DNA of 63,822 bases, the filler included, from Deltaproteobacteria bacterium (GTDB lineage: Bacteria > Myxococcota > JACRCW01): NCBI GenBank assembly GCA_016218805.1. It is 6 parts of 6 records of this genome, joined end to end, with 100 filler letters (N's around TTAATTAATTAA, not from the genome) between each part and the next. Parts side by side here need not be neighbours in the genome. Positions count along the whole stretch, not along the records: positions 46,801 to 52,948 come from JACRCW010000100.1; positions 53,049 to 57,058 come from JACRCW010000112.1; positions 57,159 to 61,032 come from JACRCW010000139.1; 3 more parts are not named here. The stretch is one strand, 5' to 3'. A program made the translations under genes and the position numbers. The notes under the pieces are model-generated. The model did no database searches. It was not told the DNA's origin and saw only the letters and a program-made list of their open reading frames with translations. Below are positions 50,034 to 58,762 of this stretch, piece by piece (positions within the stretch are counted from its first letter, which is position 1; each line of letters begins with the position of its first letter).

Positions 50034-52718
50034 ATGTCGCACGCCCAATTCGGCCGCCCCGTGTCCGTCCCGACGGGGGAGTTCATGTTCGGCCGCTACC
50101 ACGTGCGGCGCCTGCTGGGCGCCGGCGGCATGGCCAGCGTGTTCCTGGCCGAGGACACCCTGGGGCGCCGCCCCGTGGCCCTCAAGGTGATGAGCCAGGA
50201 GCTGGAGGCGGATCCCGAATACCGCGCGCGGTTTGTCCGGGAGGCCCGCGTGCTGCTGGGCCTGCGCCACCCCAACGTGGTGCAGGTTGTGGACGCCGGT
50301 GAGGAGGGCGGGCGGCCGTACTTTGTCATGGAGTACCTGGAGGGCGAAGACCTGGAGCAGCGCATCCGCCGCACCGGCCAGCTGCACTGGCGGGACGCGC
50401 TGGCGCTGATGCGGCAGGCGCTGCTGGGACTGGCCGCCGCCTGGCAGGCCGGCGTGGTCCACCGCGACGTGAAACCCGAGAACCTGTTCATCACCCAGGG
50501 CGTGCTCAAGGTGATGGACTTTGGCGTGGCGCGGCCGCTGCAGGCGGACGGGTTCCAGACGCAGATGGGCATGGTGGTGGGGACGCCCGCGTACATTGCG
50601 CCGGAACAGGCCATGGGGCGCAAGGTGGACTTCCGCGCGGACCTGTACGCGCTGGGCGCCACCTTCTGGCACGTCATGGCCGGCCGCACCCCGTACGGTG
50701 AAGGCAGCCCCACCGCGCTGTGCAACTGCCACGTGTATGAACCGTTCCCGTCGCTGGCGCAGGTGCTGCCCTCCGCGCCGCGCGGCGTGGTGGACCTCAT
50801 GGCCCGCCTGGCGGAGAAGGACCCGGGCAACCGCGGTGACCAGCAGGGCACGCTGATGGCCCTGGACGCGCTGCTGGCGGCGCCGGCGGAATCCCCGCGC
50901 CCCGCCGCCGCTGCCGCCGGGCCGCGCCTGGTGGTGGAGAGCGGCCGCATGGTGGGCACCGTGCTGTCCGTCCCGGAGGGCGAACTCATCATCGGCCGCA
51001 TGCCGGGCTGCGGCCTGGTGCTGGATGATGCGCGCGCTTCGCGGCGGCACGCGGTGGTGGCGCGGCGCGGTGCGTTCCTGGAAGTGCGTGACCTGGGTAG
51101 CCGCAACGGCGTGCTGCTCAACGGCCACCCCGTGCAGACCGCGCCGCTGGCGGAGGGTGACCGCGTCACCGTGGGTGACACGGTGATGCGCGTGGAGGGC
51201 CTGGCCGGCGTCTACACCGACCCTGTGGTCACCAGCGGGAAGGGCTATTCGCCCGCGGACCTGGGACTGCCCCCGCGTCCGGCGGCAGACCCGCTGGCGC
51301 AGGCCATGGGCATGGCGGTGGGCGCGCCGCAGCAGCAGGCACCGCCGCCCCCGGGGCCCCTGCCCTCCCCGCCCATGGCCGGCGTGGTCATTGCCCGCGG
51401 CCAGGCCGGCCCGCCCGCGCCCCCCCCGCCCGGCCCCGCCGGCCAGCCGGTGGGCCAGAAGGAAGTACTCCACAGCCGCGCGGAACAGGCCGGGTTTGAG
51501 AAACTGGCGGATGGCCGAATGGCCGCCACCACGCCGCTGAGCCGCCACCTGCAGATCCTCTACCGGCTGGGGAAAGCGGTGGCCGGCGCCATGGATATGG
51601 CGGATTTGGGCAACCGCGTGATGGAGCTGGTGTCGGAGGCCGTCCCGTTTGACCGGGGGTTTGTGCTGGTGGAGGGGTCCACCGTGGGTGCGGACGGGCG
51701 GCGGGATTGGACCGCGGTGAGTTCGCGGGATGCGCACGGGCAGGCGGTCAACGGGCGCCCGTCCGCCACCGTGCTCAAGCGCGTGCGGGATGACGGCGTC
51801 AGCCTGCAGACCGCTGACGCCACCACCGACCAGCGCCTGGACATGGCCGCCTCCGTCATGAACCTGCGCATCCGCGGCGTGCTGTGCGCCCCCATGTGGG
51901 CCGGCGACCAAATGCTTGGGGCCGTGTACCTGGACCGCGGTACGCAGCGGCCGTTTGTCGCGGAAGAGCTGATCACGCTGGAGGCAATCTCCGATTTTGC
52001 GGGGACCGCGTTCCAGCAGCACCTCAATGCGGCGCGCGCGCGCGCGGCATCACGCATGGTGGAGGATTTGGCGCGGTTTGTGGCGCCGGAAGTGAAACAG
52101 GAGCTGGACCGCCGCTCCGAGACCGACGTGGCCGCCCTGCTGAGCCACCGCGAGATGGTCTGCACGGTGCTGTTCTGCGATATCAAGGGATTCACCCCGC
52201 TGTGCGAACGCCTCAAACCCGGCGAGGTGGCGACGCTGCTCACCCAGTACTTCAACGCGCTCACGGACGCGGTGATGGCCGAGAAGGGCAGCCTCAACAA
52301 GTTCATTGGGGATGCGTGCATGGGTCTGTTTGGCGTGCCGCTGCCGCTGGACAACAACAGCCTGCGCGCCGTGAACGCCGGCGCCGGCATCATCCAGCGC
52401 ATCCATGCGCTGCAGCAGACCCTCCCGCCAGACCGCCGCTTCCAGGTCCGCGTGGGCATCAACACCGGCGTCGCCGTGGCCGGGGCATTTGGGAGCGAAC
52501 GGCGCATGGAATACACGGTGCTGGGTGACGTGGTGAACACTGCCGCGCGGTTGGAATCCAATGCGACCCCCATGGGCATCCTGGTGGGCGAACAGACGTA
52601 TCAGGACGTGAAAGACCTGGTGCCGTGCCACCCGCGCGGGTCCATCACCGTCAAAGGCAAGGCCCAACCGGTCACCGTGTATGAGATTCATGTGCCGGGC
52701 ATCACCGGCGTGGCGTAG
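50034..52718 (+). CDS. Ser/Thr kinase-FHA-GAF-adenylate cyclase multidomain protein
   Basis: GAGGMASV, HRDVKPEN, DFG, APEQ; FHA GR..SRRH..SRNG; GAF LCAPM..GAVYLD; FCDIKGFT, KFIGDA, YTVLGDVVNTAARLE. Confidence 0.94.
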   Translation: MSHAQFGRPVSVPTGEFMFGRYHVRRLLGAGGMASVFLAEDTLGRRPVALKVMSQELEADPEYRARFVREARVLLGLRHPNVVQVVDAGEEGGRPYFVMEYLEGEDLEQRIRRTGQLHWRDALALMRQALLGLAAAWQAGVVHRDVKPENLFITQGVLKVMDFGVARPLQADGFQTQMGMVVGTPAYIAPEQAMGRKVDFRADLYALGATFWHVMAGRTPYGEGSPTALCNCHVYEPFPSLAQVLPSAPRGVVDLMARLAEKDPGNRGDQQGTLMALDALLAAPAESPRPAAAAAGPRLVVESGRMVGTVLSVPEGELIIGRMPGCGLVLDDARASRRHAVVARRGAFLEVRDLGSRNGVLLNGHPVQTAPLAEGDRVTVGDTVMRVEGLAGVYTDPVVTSGKGYSPADLGLPPRPAADPLAQAMGMAVGAPQQQAPPPPGPLPSPPMAGVVIARGQAGPPAPPPPGPAGQPVGQKEVLHSRAEQAGFEKLADGRMAATTPLSRHLQILYRLGKAVAGAMDMADLGNRVMELVSEAVPFDRGFVLVEGSTVGADGRRDWTAVSSRDAHGQAVNGRPSATVLKRVRDDGVSLQTADATTDQRLDMAASVMNLRIRGVLCAPMWAGDQMLGAVYLDRGTQRPFVAEELITLEAISDFAGTAFQQHLNAARARAASRMVEDLARFVAPEVKQELDRRSETDVAALLSHREMVCTVLFCDIKGFTPLCERLKPGEVATLLTQYFNALTDAVMAEKGSLNKFIGDACMGLFGVPLPLDNNSLRAVNAGAGIIQRIHALQQTLPPDRRFQVRVGINTGVAVAGAFGSERRMEYTVLGDVVNTAARLESNATPMGILVGEQTYQDVKDLVPCHPRGSITVKGKAQPVTVYEIHVPGITGVA

Positions 52719-52891
52719 CGCGGGGCGGTGGAACCACAGGTCGGAGTTACGCGCGTCACCGGAGGACGGGGATACCGCGCGTTTTCAGGACGCAAAGCAC
52801 CGCAAATGCGAGGCGGATTCGATCCTGAGCAACCGGGTGAGCGAGAAGTTGTGGCGCGGAGCAACGCAGGTCCGTTCCACGACGCGTGGCG

Positions 52892-52948
52892 GGCTTGCCG
52901 CAGGCAAGCCCATCTACCCGCCCCCCTTGGGGGGCGGCCCTCGACGAC
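52892..52948 (+). repeat. REP-like double-hairpin dispersed repeat, copy 1
   Basis: GGCTTGCC-GCA-GGCAAGCC and CCGCCCCC..GGGGGCGG stems; near-identical reverse copy at 53270-53328. Confidence 0.8.
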
Positions 52949-53048
52949 NNNNNNNNNNNNNNNNNNNNNNNNNNNNNNNNNNNNNNNNNNNNTTAATTAA
53001 TTAANNNNNNNNNNNNNNNNNNNNNNNNNNNNNNNNNNNNNNNNNNNN
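52949..53048. other. Artificial contig linker
   Basis: N-TTAATTAATTAA-N. Confidence 0.98.
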
Positions 53049-53269
53049 ATCCCATGCCCTTCTCAAGCTCACCCCACCAGCGGCGACATGCACCGGCCAA
53101 GCGCCGGATGCTCCACTAGACGGGTCGTCACTTCGCTGCCGCCACGACGAGCTGACGACGTGCACCACCCAATCGACAGGAGAGGCGTTATAGTTACGGA
53201 GGCGCGCCCGGTGGGCGGACACCCAATCACGGACCCCCCACCCCCCCTCGCCGACGTCGCTGGCGCTCC

Positions 53270-53328
53270 GTCGACGAGGGGCCGCCCCCGCAAGGGGGGC
53301 GGCGTAGATGGCTTGCCTGCGGCAAGCC
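53270..53328 (-). repeat. REP-like double-hairpin dispersed repeat, copy 2
   Basis: Reverse complement GGCTTGCCGCAGGCAAGCCATCTACGCCGCCCCCCTTGCGGGGGCGGCCCCTCGTCGAC. Confidence 0.8.
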
Positions 53329-53392
53329 AAATGCCCCTCATTCAAGCTCTTCGGGTGGCTATTGATTGAATGCGCCGCAGGCAGGGCGGCCG

Positions 53393-54592
53393 TCAGCCCG
53401 CGGCGCTGGCGCGCATCACGGAGACCACGTCATCCGGCCGCAGCTTCATCACGCGTGGCGCGCCGGGGCCCTCCATCACAAACACGCACAGGTCCTCGCC
53501 GTCCGTCATGGCAAAGCCCAGGACCTGGTCAGTAGCGTCACGCTGCACCTGCAACCACACGCCCGGGTACAGCTGTACGCTCCGGGTCCCGTAGGTGCGC
53601 CGCTCCACGTGACTGGCCTCCGTCAGCGCCCGGCGCAGTGCATCCAACGCACGCGCGCGGCCCGGGTCCAGGTGCGTGTAGTGCGCCGCAAAACGCTCCG
53701 GACGCACGGAACGCGGCGTCATTTCGCGCGGGACGGGACGGGACTCCCGGCGCAGCGTGTCCGCCGCAATGCGCTCCAGGTCATCCGCGTCAAAGAACGG
53801 AAACACCGCCTTTCCGTCCCTTTCCACCGCAATCATTTCATGCCCGTGCAGGCCCACCAGCCCCAGCGGTGCCGGCGGCGCGTTGGCCACCATGGCGTAT
53901 CCGCCCCGCAGCAACTCCACCACCCGAACCGACGTCACGCGCGCCGTGGGTGACCGCCGCAACAGCAGGTCCCGCGGCAGTACGCGCGCCACCGTGCGTG
54001 CAGCCAACTCCAGGAAACCGGGCAGGGTGGCCAGGTCACAATCCTCCGGGATTGCCCCCACATGTTTCTCAAACGCCACGCGGTAGGCCTCGCCGTTTTC
54101 ACCCACCACGTGCAGGCGCAACACCCCGCCGTGCGCGTCTGTCACCGGCGCCACCGTGGCGGCCGGCTCCGCGGTGCCGCCAACGCGCTTGAACAGCACC
54201 CCCAACGGACCCTTCTCCAGCGCGCTGCGAGCCGCCTCCTTGTCCTGCCCCTGCGAGGTGGCGTACCGCCCGATCATGCGCCACACCCCGGCGGTGGCGT
54301 CCTCCGCGGACAGGAAGGACTGCCAACCCGCCGCGTCCGCGTCCTGGAATGTGGCCGCAAAGCCGGACACGCCGTCCGACGTGGTGCGCGTGCACCTCGC
54401 GGTGCCGCGCAATGCATGGCCGTCCGGCAGGTGCAGCACAAAACTGCACTGGGAATCCACCGCCGGCGCAGGCAGGCACAGTGCGGAGAAACCTCCAGCG
54501 GCCACCGTGTCCGTTGCCGTTTCCACTTCGCTGCCGCCGAACTGCAGTTGCAGCCTCAACGTGGTGAGCAACCGCGGCGCCGTCCGGGACAT
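53393..54592 (-). CDS. Hypothetical protein with degenerate N-terminal PilZ-like domain
   Basis: RTAPR; TDTVAAGG lacks canonical DxSxxG; remainder unrecognised. Confidence 0.6.
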   Translation of the reverse strand: MSRTAPRLLTTLRLQLQFGGSEVETATDTVAAGGFSALCLPAPAVDSQCSFVLHLPDGHALRGTARCTRTTSDGVSGFAATFQDADAAGWQSFLSAEDATAGVWRMIGRYATSQGQDKEAARSALEKGPLGVLFKRVGGTAEPAATVAPVTDAHGGVLRLHVVGENGEAYRVAFEKHVGAIPEDCDLATLPGFLELAARTVARVLPRDLLLRRSPTARVTSVRVVELLRGGYAMVANAPPAPLGLVGLHGHEMIAVERDGKAVFPFFDADDLERIAADTLRRESRPVPREMTPRSVRPERFAAHYTHLDPGRARALDALRRALTEASHVERRTYGTRSVQLYPGVWLQVQRDATDQVLGFAMTDGEDLCVFVMEGPGAPRVMKLRPDDVVSVMRASAAG

Positions 54593-54880
54593 GGGACGTG
54601 ACGATAATGGCTCACGCGCAGGACGACAACGGGGTTGAGCACCCAGCCCCCCCGGCCGGGTGGGAGACTCCCCGCCCGCCACCCCGGGGGCACCCACCGC
54701 GGGGGGCACCACCCGTCAACCTTGCGTCCACGCCCACGTCGGGACCGCATGGGTGAGCGCTTGAAGGCACCCCCCCGCAAGTGACAAGCGTCCCCCGGGC
54801 CCTGGCCCTACAGATTTGACGTGATTCTGAATCAACCCGATTTTGGGACGGGCTGCGGCCTGGTCCCATGGAGGTTCCCC

Positions 54881-55417
54881 ATGATGCAGCGCGTGTTCTG
54901 TTTCTCAATGGTGGTGTTGGCCGGTTCCCTGGTGGCGTGCGGCAGCAGCAAGGAGGAGAAGAAGCCGGAGCCCAAGGCGGCGGAGACCCTGGTGGCCGCG
55001 CCCACCCAGGATGAGATGGTGGCGTCGTGCGTGAAGATGCGCGAGCAGATGTTCGGCTGCAAGGAGGAGGCAATTGACCTGCTGATGGCTGAGCGCGCGA
55101 AGGTAAACCCGGAGATGGCCGCCGCCCTGGCAGATGCCGCCAAGAAGACGGAGATGCGCACGCTGGGCCTCAAGGAGCTGGAAGAGGACGGCGGCGGCGG
55201 GGACGCCACGCTGGCCGCACGCACCGACAAGTGCAAGGCGGTGTCCGCCGGCATGCCCGCGCAGGTCCCCGAGGCGATGATTGCCCTGTTCAAGGGCCTG
55301 CCCGCCTGCATGGACAAGCCCTGCGCCGAGCGCGTGACGTGCTACCAGCCGTTCATTGCCTCCACACTGAAGATGCCGCCCCCCGCGGCCGCCGCCGCCA
55401 CCCCGCCGGCCAAGTGA
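54881..55417 (+). CDS. Helical Cys-containing lipoprotein, unknown function
   Basis: GGAGG RBS; lipobox LVAC; GC3-rich codons. Confidence 0.8.
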   Translation: MMQRVFCFSMVVLAGSLVACGSSKEEKKPEPKAAETLVAAPTQDEMVASCVKMREQMFGCKEEAIDLLMAERAKVNPEMAAALADAAKKTEMRTLGLKELEEDGGGGDATLAARTDKCKAVSAGMPAQVPEAMIALFKGLPACMDKPCAERVTCYQPFIASTLKMPPPAAAAATPPAK

Positions 55418-55528
55418 GCGTACGCGCCCCCGGGGCGCACCCCTCCCAACCACCCACCGGTCCCGGCGCCGCACTTGCAGCGGCGCCGCCCGGTCGTCAT
55501 GTCTGCTCCCGGGGGCCGGGGAGCAGAC

Positions 55529-56911
55529 ATGGAACGCAAGGAAACACCGGGAAACGATCACTTGTTGCGGGTCTACGATTCCATCCTGGGACTGCTGTCC
55601 AGCGAGGAGAACCCGACGCCGCTGGTGCGCCTGCACCGCGTGGTGCCCTTCAAGCACACGCAGGTGTACGCCAAGCTTGAGTGGTACAACCCGTTTGGCG
55701 CCGTGAAGGACCGCGTGGCCGCCAACCTGGTGCGTGACGCCGAGGAAAAGGGCCTATTGGGGCCCGGCAAGCACCTGGTGGAGCCCACGTCCGGGAATAC
55801 CGGCCTGGGCCTGGCAATGATTGCCAACACGCGCGGGTACACCGTGCGCACCCCGCTGTCCCGGAAGATCCCCGTGGAGAAACGGGCCGTGTTGCGGGTG
55901 TTCGGCTGCGAGGTGGTGGAGCTGGATGACAACCTGTGCCCCGCGCCGGGCGCGCCGGAAGGCGCCATTGCGCTGGCCAAGGCCACCGCGGAGCGGGAAC
56001 CCGGTTTCCACATGCTCAACCAGTATGAGAACGAGGCCAACCCCGACGCGCACTTCCGCACCACCGGCCCCGAGGTGTGGCGGCAGACGGGAGGGAAAGT
56101 CACGCATTTCTTTGCCGGCATGGGGACGTGCGGGACCATCACGGGCACCGGGCGGTACCTCAAATCCCGCAACAAGGACGTGCGCGTGTGGGGCGTCCAC
56201 CCCGCGGAGGGACATGACATTCCCGGCGTCCGCAGCATCCGCCAGCTGGCGCAGACCAAGCTGTTCCATCCCGAGGAATACGACGGAATGGTGGAAGTAC
56301 ACGACGAGGAAGCCTACCGGATGGCCATCCGCCTCAACCGCGAGGAATCCGTCATGGCTGGCCCCAGCTCCGCGCTGGCGTTGTGCGGCGCGCTCAAGAA
56401 GGTGGAGGACGCGCCGGGCAACGTGGTTGTGATCATCTTCCCGGACAACATGTTCAAATACGCGTCTTCCATGATGCGGCATTTCCCGGACATGTTCCCG
56501 CGGGACCCGGAGGACGCGGGCGCGGAGCGCGGCCCCAGCGAAGATGAACAGTTCCTGGCGCAGCTGCTGGGCCACGCGGCCAACCGGCACAACACGGTGG
56601 AGATTGACGACGTCACGCGGATGCTGGGCAGCGCGGAACGGCCGGTGCTGGTGGATGTGCGCGCGCCGGAGGTGTTTGCGTCCGCGCACGTGCAGGGCGC
56701 GGTGAACGTGCCGCTGGAGCGGCTGGCGGAGCGCGGCACCGCGCTGCCGGAGGACCGTAAAACGCCCATTGTCACGGTGTGCAACGTGGGGCAGATGTCT
56801 GTCACCGGGCTCATGATGCTGCGCGCGCTGGGGTATGAGCGCGTCCACAGCATGAACGGCGGGACGGTGGGTTGGCTGCAGCGGGGGTTGCCGGTGGAAC
56901 GCGGCGGGTGA
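55529..56911 (+). CDS. PLP-dependent cysteine synthase family protein fused to C-terminal rhodanese
   Basis: AKLEWYNPFGAVKDR (PLP Lys), EPTSGNTG, NQYEN, GMGTCGT; rhodanese VDVR..HVQGA..VCNVGQMS. Confidence 0.92.
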   Translation: MERKETPGNDHLLRVYDSILGLLSSEENPTPLVRLHRVVPFKHTQVYAKLEWYNPFGAVKDRVAANLVRDAEEKGLLGPGKHLVEPTSGNTGLGLAMIANTRGYTVRTPLSRKIPVEKRAVLRVFGCEVVELDDNLCPAPGAPEGAIALAKATAEREPGFHMLNQYENEANPDAHFRTTGPEVWRQTGGKVTHFFAGMGTCGTITGTGRYLKSRNKDVRVWGVHPAEGHDIPGVRSIRQLAQTKLFHPEEYDGMVEVHDEEAYRMAIRLNREESVMAGPSSALALCGALKKVEDAPGNVVVIIFPDNMFKYASSMMRHFPDMFPRDPEDAGAERGPSEDEQFLAQLLGHAANRHNTVEIDDVTRMLGSAERPVLVDVRAPEVFASAHVQGAVNVPLERLAERGTALPEDRKTPIVTVCNVGQMSVTGLMMLRALGYERVHSMNGGTVGWLQRGLPVERGG

Positions 56912-57058
56912 GGGGCGGACAAGCGCGTGGGGCAATAAGGATCGTTTCGGTGGGGTGGTGTGCGTGAAGTCAGGCAAGGGGGGGGCCGCTACCAGCGTCT
57001 TCCCCGTGTGGGACCATCCCGTTGGCGGGCCCCCCACCCCCGGCGACTGACGTCGCCG

Positions 57059-57158
57059 NNNNNNNNNNNNNNNNNNNNNNNNNNNNNNNNNNNNNNNNNN
57101 NNTTAATTAATTAANNNNNNNNNNNNNNNNNNNNNNNNNNNNNNNNNNNNNNNNNNNN
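57059..57158. other. Artificial contig linker
   Basis: N-TTAATTAATTAA-N. Confidence 0.98.
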
Positions 57159-57357
57159 AGCCCATTGACGGGCCCAGCCGGGGGCGACTGGGGCCACACC
57201 GCCCTGGGGGAGCGTGGAGCGAGTGCTCCCCCCCTGCGGGCTCGACCTTTGAGAGCGTTTTGGCACGGCCTTGACCGTGGTTTGGGGTGCATGGGATAAG
57301 CCGCGCTCGTCGTCCCATGGCGCCTGTTCTGCGCCTTCGTCGACGGGGAGAGACCCA

Positions 57358-57747
57358 ATGGCCGCCAAGAAGAAGAAGCAGAAGAGCGCCTCCCGCAAGC
57401 CCGCCCACAAGCCGGCCCGCAAGGCACCCGCCAAGGCGGCCAAGAAGGCGCCGGCCCGCGGCAAGAAGAAGGCGGCCAAGGCCAAGGCACCCGCCAAGGT
57501 CAAGGCACCCGCCAAAGCCAAGGCGCCCGCCAAGGCCAAGGCGCCCGCCAAGGTCAAGGCCAAGAACGTCAAGACGCGCGCACAGGCCCTGGCCGAGGCG
57601 CGCAAGAAGATCACCCGCACCGCGCGCACACCCCGCCTCACCGCACGCGGCGGCACCTGGGAGGTCTCCCAGGCGGTCATCCAGGCTTACGCCCAGGCCT
57701 CCCGCGAAATGGCGGAATGGCTGGCCGCAGCCCGCAAGTCTGAGTGA
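57358..57747 (+). CDS. Lys/Ala/Pro-rich histone H1-like basic protein
   Basis: GGGAG RBS; KAPAKA 18-bp repeats; short helical C-terminus. Confidence 0.75.
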   Translation: MAAKKKKQKSASRKPAHKPARKAPAKAAKKAPARGKKKAAKAKAPAKVKAPAKAKAPAKAKAPAKVKAKNVKTRAQALAEARKKITRTARTPRLTARGGTWEVSQAVIQAYAQASREMAEWLAAARKSE

Positions 57748-57766
57748 CCCGGCGGCTGCCGCCGGG
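57748..57766. terminator. Hairpin between convergent genes (possible bidirectional terminator)
   Basis: CCCGGCGG-CTG-CCGCCGGG perfect stem; no U-tract. Confidence 0.4.
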
Positions 57767-57774
57767 CTCCCGCC

Positions 57775-58692
57775 TCAGCGGCAGACCCGCAGCATCTTTT
57801 CCCGGATGGTGAACACGGCGGGGAGACGTCCCGGCTGTTCGCCGTCAATGTCCATCAGCACCTCCTCCGGGCTCTCCATCTCCACGCGCTTGCCGCGCGT
57901 GACCTTCACGCCCGCCGCCTTGCGGATGTCCCCCGCGTAGAGCTTCAGGCTCTCCGCCACGAACCGCAGGCTCCCCCACCCCGGCAGGCACACCACCTCC
58001 AGCAGGCCGTCATCCACCTCCGCCCCCGGCGCCACCTGCATGCCGCCGCCAAAGAACTTCCCGTTGGCCGCCGTGCACAACGCCGCCATCCCCTGGTGGA
58101 ACACCTGGCCGTCCACCTTCACGGTCATGTCATGCGGGTGGAACGCAATGAGCCCCTTGAGGCTCCCCACAAAGAACGCCGCCGGCCCCAGCGCCTTGCT
58201 GGTGGAGTTCACCATCTTGTCCACCGTCCCGCTCAGCCCCGCCGACGCGATGTTGATGAACGCCCGGTGCTTGCGCGTCCCGTCGTGCGCGGTGAACTCC
58301 ACCATGCCCGCGTCCGTGGGGGACCCCGGCCCCTTGGCGCGCTCCAGCGCCGCCTCCAGCTCCTTGCCCAGGCCAAAACTCCGCCGGAAGTCACCGCCCG
58401 TGCCGCGCGGGAGAAACCCAAACCGCGCGTTGGGCGCGCGCGGCGTCCCGTCATCCTTGAAGAACCCGTTGACCACCTCATTGTTGGTCCCATCCCCGCC
58501 CACGGCAATCACGCAGTCACACCCGGCATCCAGCACCTCCGCCGTCAGCTGCGTGGCGTGACCCATTGCCTGGGTCTGCCGCACCTCAACCTCCCCCAGC
58601 ACCGCGCGCGCACGCGCCGTGATCGTGTCCACTTCGCGGGCCGTGCTGCCGTTGGCGCTGTGCGGGTTGATGATCAATGCCGTCCGGCCCAT
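57775..58692 (-). CDS. Diacylglycerol kinase family (YegS/DagK-like) lipid kinase
   Basis: IINPHSANG, GGDGTNNEVVNG, PRGTGGDF, FFGGGM, DIDGE. Confidence 0.95.
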   Translation of the reverse strand: MGRTALIINPHSANGSTAREVDTITARARAVLGEVEVRQTQAMGHATQLTAEVLDAGCDCVIAVGGDGTNNEVVNGFFKDDGTPRAPNARFGFLPRGTGGDFRRSFGLGKELEAALERAKGPGSPTDAGMVEFTAHDGTRKHRAFINIASAGLSGTVDKMVNSTSKALGPAAFFVGSLKGLIAFHPHDMTVKVDGQVFHQGMAALCTAANGKFFGGGMQVAPGAEVDDGLLEVVCLPGWGSLRFVAESLKLYAGDIRKAAGVKVTRGKRVEMESPEEVLMDIDGEQPGRLPAVFTIREKMLRVCR

Positions 58693-58762
58693 GGTCGCTC
58701 CTTGATTCGGTGCGGGCCCGTCTGACATGGCAGCGGGCCGTGGAAAGGGCCGAGGTCATCCC

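Noticed and set aside
35263..56911. MoeZ-CysO-CysM-type cysteine pathway linking rhodanese-MoeB and the cysteine synthase
   Set aside because: Genes lie on different contigs; no sulfur-carrier or JAB peptidase gene beside either
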